Below the pieces are notes generated by a model. The model did no database searches, was not told where the DNA came from, and saw nothing but the letters and a program-made list of their open reading frames with translations. A DNA stretch of 63,544 bases, filler included, from Folioceros fuciformis (taxonomy: Eukaryota): NCBI GenBank assembly GCA_049999805.1. It is 7 parts of 7 records of this genome, joined end to end, with 100 filler letters (N's around TTAATTAATTAA, not from the genome) between each part and the next. Parts side by side here need not be neighbours in the genome. Positions count along the whole stretch, not along the records: positions 48,233 to 59,162 come from JBNGIO010005459.1; positions 59,263 to 63,544 come from JBNGIO010005461.1; 5 more parts are not named here. The stretch is one strand, 5' to 3'. Of the stretch, positions 48,233-59,495 are shown piece after piece. The stretch's first letter is position 1. Every line of letters begins with the position of its first letter. The position numbers and the translations under genes are program-made.

Positions 48233-48707
48233 GAAGATGGGCATCTAGGCAGAGGCCGCAGCAGAGCGAGAGCGGGAGCCAGGGAGCACGGGGTGTGCCC
48301 CGAGAGCAAGGTGACACCAAGCCTTGAGGCACGGGGCGCCCAGGCCTCGAGCGGATGGGCGCATAGGTGCCAGGAGGGTGCCGTGGGCACCCCGGCCGTA
48401 GGAGCTAGGGGGTCGGCCCCGGCTGCCGAGCCCTGTGGGCTGCCAGGCCTCGCTGAGGGGCACGGCCAGGGCCCGGCCAGCGGGGCCGCCAGACCCAAGG
48501 CACCACTGGGGGGCGCCAGAGCGCGACCAGGCCACGGGCACTGCGGGAAGCTTGGGCGCTGTGAGCGCCATGGCGTGGGCGACGCGGGATTGTGAGCGCC
48601 GACGCTGAGAGCAAGGGTGCGAGCGCCGAACTGATCCCGGCCGCGGAAGTCTGGATTTCGATCGGACGACGGGACACTGCAGTCATGAGCGACCGAGGTC
48701 TACAAGT
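48233..48707 (+). mobile_element. GC-rich 5' leader and probable gag start (ATG 48685) of a family-A-like copia, interrupted by another element
   Basis: GAAGATGGGCATCTAGG matches the post-PBS leader at ~19537-19555 (reverse strand); GGCGCC-rich like 40260-40385. Confidence 0.55.
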
Positions 48708-51700
48708 TGTGATAGCCGATTCGAAACGAGGCGTGAGGGTAACTATAGCGATTTACGCGATTGCTAGGTAGGATCGATCATAGCACGCTTGAGCAAGGGA
48801 GTAGCGATCGTGCGTGAGCAAAACTTAAGGCAAGAACAATAAAAATGGGTATTGGAGTTTGCGCGACTTGGCGCATATGAAGTTTGATGAAAATGGCTGT
48901 TAACTGCCTCCTTAATAATTCCTAATTAATACGAGTTGCTAATCTAAACACTTCCAACACCCCCACTCAACAAGTATTGCCGTAATCTCGTCTGGATGTG
49001 TGTTTGTGTTCTCTCACGCCTGTTGCTTGGCACAGCTCCAAACCTGCAAACCGAGAGCATGCAATGACCATGTATGTTCTAACACATTGTCTACACTATT
49101 GCTCAATCTGCAAACCTAGACTGCGCCCAACAACTAGCTCTTGATCATCCTCCTACAGGTACAAGTCCAAGGCACCTACAATGTTTAAAATGCTGCTCCG
49201 CAAACAGTGCCTTGGTTAAAATGTCCGCCGGATTCTCTAAAGTTCTGATGTAAATTAATCTCACCTCGCCTCTTGCGACCACATCTCTAACAAAGTGATG
49301 ATGAACCTCTATATGCTTTGTTCGGGAATGAAAAACCGGGTTGTTGGCGAGGGCAATCGCCCCTTGCTTATCACAATATAGTTCTGTTGGTTCAGCCTGA
49401 GTTTGCCCAATGTTATCCAAGCACCTTTGATCCCAAATGGCTTCCTTGGCAGCCACTGTCAATGTCTTGTATTCTGCTTCGGTACTTGATAGACAAATGT
49501 TTGCATTTTTCTTGCACGACCAAGAGATTGGTCCACCAGCTAGTACAAAGACATATGTAGCGACGGACTTCCTGCTGTCTGGGTCTGCTGCACAGTCACT
49601 ATCACAAAATCCTACCAGCTCAAGCACTCTGCTGTCCACACCCTGGTAAATGATGCAATAGTCTGCTGTATGCTTTAAGTATCTCATAATCCGCTTGACC
49701 TAAATCCAATGATCTTTGCCATGGCTTGCTAGGAATTGAGAAACAAGATGCATAGGAAACATAATATCCACCCTTGTCAAGCACGTCACGTATATTAGCG
49801 TACCTACTGCTTCTTTGTAAGGCACCTTTTGCATTTCCTGAATTTCTACTGTTAAGGCCGCTGCTTACTCTTTTGACAACTTCACACCTGTAGACAAAGG
49901 AGTATTGCTGCCATGGGCCTCCATCAGATTAAACCTGCTAAGCATGTCATTTATGTACTTCTTCTGCGACAGTTTGATCGACCTCTTGGATCTATCCCTG
50001 ATCACCTCGACNNNNNNNNNNNNNNNNNNNNNNNNNNNNNNNNNNNNNNNNNNNNNNNNNNNNNNNNNNNNNNNNNNNNNNNNNNNNNNNNNNNNNNNNN
50101 NNNNNNNNNNNAGGGGACCTATGTCCGTCATTTCAAACTCCGCCTTCAGCAGATTTTTTACTGTGATTAGCAAACTAGCCGGACCTGGTGTTGCTACTAG
50201 TATCAAATCATCTACATACACCAACAACAGCAGGTACATTCCCTTCCTTTTTAGCACATACAAGTTGCAATCAGCTGTGGCCTTGGTGAAACCACACTTC
50301 AACAAGAAAGCATCCAACTTGTTGTGCCACGCTCGTGGGCTCTGCTTGAGCCCATAGAGTGTTTTGTTCAACTTGCACACAAGGTGTTCGCTTCCCTTTT
50401 TAACATACCCTTCTGGTTGCTGCATGTAGATTTCCTCATCCAAGGTTCCATTCAAAAAAGCTGTGCGAACGTCCATCTTTTCAAGATCAAGATCTTCATG
50501 TGCAGCCACGGCCAAGACAAGTCTAAGGGTCAGAAACTTCACAACTGGTGCAAATGTTTCAAAGTAATCTTCTCCTGCACATTGTGAGAATCCTCTCACC
50601 ACCAATCTTGCCTTCAACCTTTCTACGGACCCATCAGCATTAAATTTAGTTTTGAAAACCCACTTATTGCTGATTGCTCTCCTGTTCTGTGGCAGCCCCT
50701 GCAGGGTCCAAGTTCCATTTTTGATCAAGGATGCATACTCATCCTCGACTGCCTTCCTCCAGCCATTAGCATCTGGGCCATTGTATGCCTCTTTCATGGT
50801 TGCTGGATCAGTTGGATTCACGTTGGCTGCAACGACTGCCAACACCTGAGCAATTGTGAGTTCATTATCCGGGTGACCTTGCTATATGGTAGCCAGGAGG
50901 GATGAAAACATGGGTGCTTCTTCCTCATCACACATGTGCTCGTCCTCTCCTGCAGAAAAGTCCCCCACTAGATGCGAACTGTCCACCTCTCCTGTGGAAA
51001 AATTAGTACGGCTGTGTCTACTGGTCCATTGTTCAGACCATTAGAATGCAGGTGCTGTGTGAGTCCTGGTTGATGCTCGTGCTGGTGGTACTTCAGATGC
51101 CGCTGGAGCTTCTGGAGCCTCCTCAAAAACTTCGTCCCCTGCAGAAATCAAATCTGAGTCTTGAAGCACCTCCTCCACTAAATCTTCGCTAGATATATCG
51201 AAGGTGTCCTCTTCATCATGAGATACACTGTGCTTGGATTGGTCAAATACTGCTGGTTGGACTTCCTCCAGATTGTCCAATGCCATATCCAGTCTACCAT
51301 GCCCAAATTCGAACGTGCTAACTACATCTTCTTCTTGTGTAGGGGCAGCTTCAGGCATGGAATGTGAGGGCTCACCTCCACCAGCAGCAGCAGTGTGCTT
51401 GTGCTCCAGCAAGGCAGCCATCTGCCATCAAACCGCTAATTGTGCTGAAGGTGCTAGTATGCTATGTGCATCTATTGAGAACAGGTCATGGACTAAACTA
51501 CCTACGGCAATTGTTTTCCCTGACTGTTTGATTAGGCACATGGACTTCTTAAAAATAACCTCATTGTGATTATCTAATGTGAGCTGATGAACTGAAAGCA
51601 AATTCTTTGTTATACTTGGAACATGAAGTACATTTCTAAGTGTGAGAATGGAACCACTTCTTAAACGTAGGTTAACATCTCCTACTCCATGTATTTCTAG

Positions 51701-52239
51701 CTGACTATTGTCACCTATTAGCACTATTTGTGGGGTACTTTTCTTAACATAACTCATAAAGACAGATCTATCACAACAAATATGGGCAGTTGCCCCAGAG
51801 TCCACATACCAGCTTCCCTCGCAAGAGCTGGTTGCATTCAGGCACACTATTAGTTCTTGATATGTATGACGGAACCTCTTGGTCGGCTTCTCATTAGCGC
51901 TGCATTCAGCTCCTTCCACAGTAGAGGTCAGACTCGGAGGTGAACAAACCATGAGTACCAACGGCGATTTCTTCTCCTTCTTGGCAGCCACATGTGCCTC
52001 AGGTAACGGAACACGCCTCGGCTCATTATTTTTCTTCTTCCTACAGTCCCTCTCCCAGTGGTTGGGAAGGCCGCACCAATTGCAGTTCCCTACTCTCTTC
52101 TTGTTTCCTGATGACTCTCCTGGTCCACTCGGGTTCGACCACTTGCTCTTGCCAACCTGCTTGTTGCCCTGTGGCTGTCCAGGTCTCCTAGGGCCCTTGG
52201 GCCTTGCAATGAATAGAGCTTGACTTCTAGGTGGCTTGG
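48708..52239 (-). mobile_element. Ty1/copia element with the integrase core deleted; 3' LTR ~48708-48959, PPT ~48960-48970
   Basis: CNWCGLPNHWERDC and WYVDSGATAH are followed directly by an acidic linker and RT (KMDVRTAFLNG, YVDD) and RNase H (FCDSDCAAD). The 5' part of gag is cut by the LTR at 52240. Confidence 0.9.
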
Positions 52240-52775
52240 TGTGAACCTCTAAAGTTTGGGGTAGTAGTTTGTTTTGGTTGAAAAAGGGTTAATAGTGGTA
52301 TGGTTTAGTTTTCTTTTTCTACTTCTTTTTTCTAATTTTTCTTTATTTTTTTGGCTACTTTTCCTATTTTTTCTTTGTGCTAATTAGGTTAATTGACTAG
52401 GACATAGTTCGTTTGGTTATTAAAGTGGGTACAGGTCTGGTTCCAGACCTGGGAAAGGTTAGGTCCGGTACCGGGCCATAGGGTTATTAAAGCCCAATGT
52501 GTTTAGACTAATGTGATTAGTCTAATTAGACTCATGTGATTAGTCTAATTAGACTCATGTGATTAGTCTAATTAGACTCATGGGATTAGTCTAATTAAAC
52601 TAATATGATTTGTCTAATTAAACTAATATGATTAGTTTAATTAGACTAATGTAATTAGTCTAAGATTAGTGTTTAATTAAGTATCATTAGTTTAGATTAG
52701 CTTAAGCTAATTTTTAGGAAGCTTCCTGCATAGCTTCTTGTGAGCTTCTTGTGAAGCTTCCTGTGAGCTTCTTGT
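52240..52775 (+). mobile_element. Composite LTR fragment (5530-5774-type module plus family-A module) with internal 23-bp palindromic tandem repeats
   Basis: Begins TGTGAACC and from ~52480 matches family-A LTRs. TGATTAGTCTAATTAGACTCATG repeats at ~52510-52665. Truncated by the LTR at 52776. Confidence 0.8.
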
Positions 52776-55700
52776 TGTTAGGATTTTGTAGAGCGGAGCT
52801 AGAGAAATCTCATAGTTGGCAAAAAGATAATTAATTACTCAGCAAAAAACCGTTTTTAAATACAAGTGTAAATGACTCTTCATATATTGATGCTTCAAAT
52901 TAGGGTTTACTAATAAACCAAGACTTAAATCTAAGCTACGTGGTTACCTATACCAGGGATGGTATGCTAACACACCCCCTTAACCACGAGGCGACACGGT
53001 AACTGCGACAGTCCCAGAAGCATGACGAGTTCGCTCCCGTTGATACTGGCAACCTGCGCACTCGGGATCGCCATATTCCTCCTCGGACAGCATGTGCAGA
53101 AGGAGCTGCGAAGAGCTGCGCGCAGAATGCAAGCAAAGAGAGTATCATATGCGCACTGGAGAAAACACGACGCAGAACTGGAGATGACTCTGGCGGGATG
53201 GTAAATCAAGCTGTCGATAGCTGTGAGCATCGACCCAGAAGCTGGCCATACTCCATCAAGACGATTGAGAAGGCGCGAGCTGGTGATGAATAAGCTGGCA
53301 ACGGCAGCGAAGATTCCATTGCCAGAGTAGCATCAGGAGCCGTGATTGGATGAGGGCGCTGAAGATTCATCCACGGACAGCTGATGCTCATCTTGGCGAG
53401 GTAGCTGTAAATCCCTAACCCGGCAGAGGAAGGATAGCCTGATAGTCTGTAAGGCCCATCTCTGCAAGAAAAAGGCTGTGCTTGATGCGAGGCAGCGCCT
53501 TTGTGAGTAGATCAGCTAGATTCTGATTTGTAGGGATATAAGCAATGTTGAAGATCTTCCTTTCAACAGAGTGGCGCACAAAATGGTGTTGAATCTCAAT
53601 ATGTTTCGTACGGGCATGAAAACGAGGGTTCCCCACCAAGGCAATCGTCGAACGATTGTCACAGAATACAGTAGTCGGCCGAACCTGAGGGAATTTGAGG
53701 CAAGCAAGGAAACTCCGTGCCCACTCTGCCTCCTTGGCAGCATCGGTAAGTGCCTTATACTCGTCTTCGGTCGAGGAAAGGGCAACTGAAACTTGCTTTT
53801 TAGTGCTCCAATTGACAACTGCCCCAGCAAGGGAGAAACAATATGCAGATAAGCTCCGACGAGTCTCAGGGTCCGAGGCCCAATCTGCGTCGGCATAGCC
53901 TTGCAACACAAAATCTGTATCAGGTGAATCACCACGGTAACAGTCCATATGTTGATGTGCCCTTTAAGTATCTCAATATACGTTTGACCGCTCCCCAGTG
54001 ATCCTTCCCAGGATTTTCGAGAAACTGAGAGACACAGCTCACAGCGTGCTGGATATCAGGTCGAGTCCAGCATGCTATGTAATTTAAGCAACCGACTGCA
54101 TGTCGGTACGGTATATCAGCCATGTCCTAAGATTCCTCATCTGTCTTGGGAGACTGATCACAGGTAAGTCTCAAACCTACCACACCAGGTGTGCTTACAG
54201 GTTTTGCTTCGAACAAATTAAAACGTCTAAGAGTTTCATGCACATATTTGGTCTGATGCAGGATAAGGGTCTTGTGGTCACGATCCCGAAGCAGTTGAAC
54301 TCCGAGAACAAAGGTAAGGACTCCGATATCCTTCATGTCATACTGTTTATGTAGCATCTGCTTGACCTAGTCTAGAAGTTCCCGATCATCAGAGGCTAAG
54401 ATGGCGTCATCCACATATAAAGCCAAAATAACCAAATGTCCATTTTTGGAATACATGTAGACATTAGAATCAGCGGGGTTCTGAACAAAACCAATGGACT
54501 TCAGGTAAGCATCGATTGTTTTATACCATTCACGAGCACTTTGTTTTAAACCGTAAATGGTCTTCTTAAGTCTGCAGACCTAGATTGGGTGAACAGGATC
54601 CACAAAACCTTCAGGTTGCTCCATGAAAATGTCTTCCTCTAATTCACCATAGAGGAATGCAGTGGAAACATCCATCTGCTCAAGATCCCAGTCACGAGCA
54701 GCAGCCAAGGCAAGAATCATACGGATGGATTGTGTCTTGACTACAAGACTAAAGGTGTCGGTGTAATCCACACCAGCAACTTGTGAGAAACCANNNNNNN
54801 NNNNNNNNNNNNNNNNNNNNNNNNNNNNNNNNNNNNNNNNNNNNNNNNNNNNNNNNNNNNNNNNNNNNNNNNNNNNNNNNNNNNNNNNNNNNNGAGCCTG
54901 GACTTATATCTGGCAATCTGGCCTTTGGCGTTTAATTTATGCTTAAACACCCATTTACAGCTGATAGCCTTGCGTCCAGCAGGTAAGGGGCAAAGTTCCC
55001 AAGTATCATTCTTGATGAGAGAATCATACTCGTCCTGTATAGAAGGTATCCACTTATTCTTATCTCGGCCTAATATTGCTTCTTGATAAGATCTGGAATC
55101 TGTAGGGTGCTCCGTTGAAGAGGAGAAAACTGTAGGGAAGTGAGAAACCAGCCGCGAGGATCTAGGGTTTCGAAAATCAATGGCCTCATATGGTTTTTCA
55201 TGCCACTGATCCCTAGGGTTTCGAGTGCGACTAGGGTACCGTCGCTCTTCAGGAGCTGAGGGCTCATAATTCTGTACTGCAGGTTGAACAGGAGTTGGGT
55301 GTAATGCTTCATCATCATCAGAGGAGGCATCTACATCAGAAATAACATTTTCCAAGCTATCCAGCTGATCAGCATCATGATCATGAGGTTCAGGGTGTGT
55401 TGCTTGAGGTTCTGTCTCTGCATAAGGTTCAGGCGGTTCAGGCTCAGCATCTTCTAACGGCATGTCAGAAACAGGAGACGGTGGCTGAGCAGGAACTGGT
55501 AAATCAGCCCCAGAATCAGGTGGAGTGCCACCCCCTGAACATGAACCGTTATGAGTTCCACACCCTGAACCGTGAGCAACACCACCTGAAGCAGGGAGCA
55601 TATAGAAATCTTGAGGAAATTCAGAGACAGCAGTGTCGAAGTCATCAAAAGGATGCTCAGGGGATGCGGCAGCATCAGCAGATTGGTGAGTAGCTGGACA

Positions 55701-58700
55701 AGTAAGCTCCTTAAAGGTAACACTGTGGGCAAACGAGCAGCTGCAAGAAGAAGGGTCATAAAGTTTGTAGGCTTTAGTTTCTTCGCCATAACCGATAAAA
55801 ATAAGAGGCCGAGCACGATCCTCTAACTTTTTACGTTGCTTGGCAGGAACATAAGCATAGGCCGGGGAGCCAAAGACACGAAGATGAAGGAGGCTTGGCC
55901 GACGGTGCCAAACTAACTCAAAAGGTGTCCTTCCCGCAACAGAACTGGTAAGCAACCGATTTAGTATGTAAGTAGCAGTGACCACGGCTTCAGCCCAGTA
56001 AGCCTTGTGAAGACCCGACCACTGTAGCATGCTGCGGGTCATGCCTAAAAGAGTCTGATTGCGTCGTTCAGATACGCCGTTTTGTTGCTGTGTATAAGGG
56101 ACAGCAAGCTGGCGTAATATGCCTTGATCAGCCAAATATTGATCAAAAGCAGGGTTTACAAATTCGGATCCATTGTCGGACCGCAAGCACCGAAGTAACC
56201 GACCAGTCTGTCTTTGAACCATGGTAAGCCATTCTTGGAAAACTCCAAAGGTGTCTGATTTCCGCTTGAGAGGGTATGTCCAACTATACCTACTATAATC
56301 GTCTGTGAGAGTAAGGTAATAATTGGAACCGCCAAGAGAAGAAACATGTATCTTACCTGAAATGTCTGTATGCACCAGGTCAAGAACATTAGAGGTTCTA
56401 AAAGCGACAGTGGTTGGAAAAGGCAGTTCCTTTTGTTTGGCAATAACACAAGAATCGCATAAGGGAAGATCCTTAAAGCACTTGGGCAAAGGCTCCCGGT
56501 AACAGTCTGTATTTGACATTCTGATCAGCTTGTTTTTATTAGCATGACCTAGGCGTGCATGCCAAAGTTGTGCTAAAGCTGATTGAGTTTGTGAGGCCAC
56601 AAAGGTACTTCGGGCTGGTGAGCAGCATATATCCAGTTGATACAAGTCATCCACCAAGATACCCTTGGCGATAGGAGCAAGTTGATCTTTATATTTAAGG
56701 AGGCAGCAATCAGCTGCAAAGGTGAGATCAAACCTGCGGGATCTCATCAGCTGACTGACTGATAAAAGATGCTTTGCCATATTAGGAACATAAAGAACAT
56801 GTTCCAGCTGCAAGGCAGAGCCATCCTTAAGGCGGAAAGTACATGTGCCTGAACCGAGAATCTTTAGTCCTGTACGGGTAAGCTCATCACCAAGTAAAAC
56901 CTTTTCTGTGGTATGGGCAGGAACATAATTGCTAAGTAATTTCCTGTTGTGGCAAATGTGCGAAGTCGCGCCAAAATCCAAATACCAGGAGTCAGGCTCA
57001 CATGCAGAGATATGGTGACTCACTGTCATAACAACGGGCTGCTTGCCAGAAGATGATGCTTGGTGAGACCGGTCTTTGGAAACCGTATGTGCCTCAGCCA
57101 CCTTATGTGACTTCTCGGCCTTTTTCGGTTCTCCATTCTTTTTCTTCTTACATTCCCGTTCCCAGTGTCCTTGAATTCCACACCAATTACATGAACCAGC
57201 TCTCTTTCCTTGAACTGGCTTGACAACGCCACTTCCTGGAAGTGTGTTCTTTGCCTTGCCCTGAAACTTACTCTTGTTTGAATACAGTACTTTATCAATT
57301 TTCGTCTTGCCTGTAGTAGAGTGATGAACTCGGCTTTGCTCTTCTTGGAGTAAAGCTCCAACTACATCTATAAAGGAGATGTTGGGCGTTAAGCCTAATG
57401 CTACTGCATGCTGAGCAGCATTTAGGATAGCACCATAACTGGAGACGAAAGTTTGATAACTTGGTGGGAGGCTGCTGAGGAGCTGTGCAACTGCGTTAAC
57501 GTCATCAAGCTGTGTGCCTAGAGAGATCAGCTGTGATCTCAAGAGCTGAAACTTGGCAACGAAGGTACCAACTTTCTCACCTTCCTTCATACGTAGGGAG
57601 AATAATTCGGTACGTACAGTGCACAGCGTGTGAATATTTCTGACATCGTAAATTTGTGCCAGTTGCTTCCAGATGTCCTCTGCCTTAAGCAGGTAGGCTA
57701 CGTCTGGAACAAGAGCCTCATCTAATCCACTGATGAGTAGGGCACGCGCAACGCTGTTGGCGTTCGCCCATCTGTCCTTCTCATCCTGTGTGGCATTAGG
57801 TGGAGGTTCTGCATACTGTCCTGTAACAACCAACCAAACGTGTCTGGCTTCCAGGGCCGCGCGCATCCGGACACTCCAAACTGGGTATTTGGTGCCATTA
57901 AACCTGTCACGTTCCTTGAATTCAATAGTGTAAGCAGGCTGATAAAGATGTGGTTGTGCAGCGTGCGGACCAGGTACAGATGGGTTTGAAGGAGGAACAG
58001 GTGGCCCTGGAGGATTCGGAGGTGGTGTGGGGTTTAAAGGAGGAGGAGGTGGAATTGGTGGGGCTTGTGCGAAACCACCTAACCCACCATACCCACCATA
58101 ATTCCCTCCGAAACCCGTGTACCAGTTTGGGATTCCGAAACCTCCAGGTGCGGTATAAATCCCAGCCAAAGGATTCGGGAAGAGCCCACCGCTGCCAACA
58201 GAAGGAGTCGTGAAGAATCCTGGTACTGTCGCGCCGCTAGGATTGTGGGCGATTCCACCAGCCGCTGCGGAGACACCTCCCGATGCAGCAACTCTGCCAG
58301 GTAAGGCGGCTTCGCCTGAGACACCCCTCCTGGGTGTTGAGGTTCCCTGTGTCTGAGTTGCGACCCCAGCAGAATGTGCGCTGGAACCAGTTGCTGGTGA
58401 ATTGCTGTGACTTGTGCTGGGTGCAGTGCTTGCATTGACACCCGTTTGGGCCGCAGAGGATGCGAAGCCATCTGCGTCGCCAGAGTCACCTTCATCACCG
58501 GAGCCGAACTGGATTCTGCCATCACTCATTCTGCTGTACAGTATCGCGAACTGGAACTGTAGACCTGCAGGTGAAAATCACGCACCACGAGACCTTGCGG
58601 TTACAGGTATGAACCAGTTAGGTTCCACACCCGCGTGCCGATTGGAATTGTTGAGTGTCTTCGACGCTGTAAGTTGCAAGTCTGTCGATTTGATCGATCG

Positions 58701-59162
58701 CGTCGCTTCAAATCTCACATTCCTTGTAATGGCATCTTGCGATTGATGCAGAGATGCGCGCGTGGGCAAGACGAATCAGAGAAATGCAGATCTTCTCCGA
58801 CGTCTTCGAGTGGCCTTTCGATTCATCAATGTCTCGCAAAATGCTAGGCTGACGGCTTCGTCCAAATCAGTTTCTGATTGTAAAACACTTGGATCGTTTC
58901 CCACAAGAAGATCCTCCAGCAGAGAGTAAATTCTCTCACACCTGTCAATCACATTGCGTAGTTGAATCTGTCGAGGAGGCCTCTGCGAATGAGAGCTCTC
59001 TGCCTGCGAGGATCTCCGCTAGGTAAAATCCTGATCACAATCAGACGATTGTCTGCAATTCCGAGAGTGATTTGAAGCCGTTTTCAAGCAAGGTCTGACT
59101 GTCCTGAAACTGTCCGCAACTGGGCTTCGTTCCCAACACGCGTTGGTCGCAGGTCTGACATT
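52776..59162 (-). mobile_element. Ty1/copia element: gag-pol 58529-53415 (1262-aa ORF spanning one N gap, stops in RT), PPT ~52973-52985, 3' LTR 52776-52972
   Basis: IEFKERDRFNG, CNWCGIQGHWEREC, WHARLGH, RSDNGSEF, QMDVSTAFLYG, YADADWASD. LTR bounded by TGTTAG...CTAACA. Confidence 0.95.
53022..53345 (+). pseudogene. Antisense ORF between copia pol and PPT: N-terminal transmembrane-like helix plus basic helical region
   Basis: MTSSLPLILATCALGIAIFLLGQHVQKELRRAARRMQAKR...LAGW*IKLSIAV...RRLRRRELVMNKLATAAKIPLPE*HQEP*. Confidence 0.5.
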
Positions 59163-59495
59163 NNNNNNNNNNNNNNNNNNNNNNNNNNNNNNNNNNNNNN
59201 NNNNNNTTAATTAATTAANNNNNNNNNNNNNNNNNNNNNNNNNNNNNNNNNNNNNNNNNNNNGACTTGAAGTCCCAAGTCGTTGGCTAGACCATAGACAT
59301 GGAGAACCAGCTCAGAGTGGCGTAGGGAGGGCTGGAAAGATTGCAAACTGAGATGGAAACCATCCATGCTGACAAATGTCAGGGATGGAGGAAGCGGGAT
59401 ACAGACATACGGCAGACCAGGACCGTTATACAAAGGAACATAACCGGGTAAGTTGGCTGAGGCAGTCCAGCAGGTGGAAGAGGAATGGAGCAAAT

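Noticed and set aside
5306-59262. Recurrent TTAATTAATTAA motif, and apparent clustering of the protamine-like gene, MTase gypsy and Uma2
   Set aside because: The motif is an artificial linker between contigs, so adjacency across linkers has no biological meaning.
59263-59495. Coiled-coil-like coding remnant (MENQLRVA*GGLERLQTEME)
   Set aside because: Too short and stop-ridden to assign.
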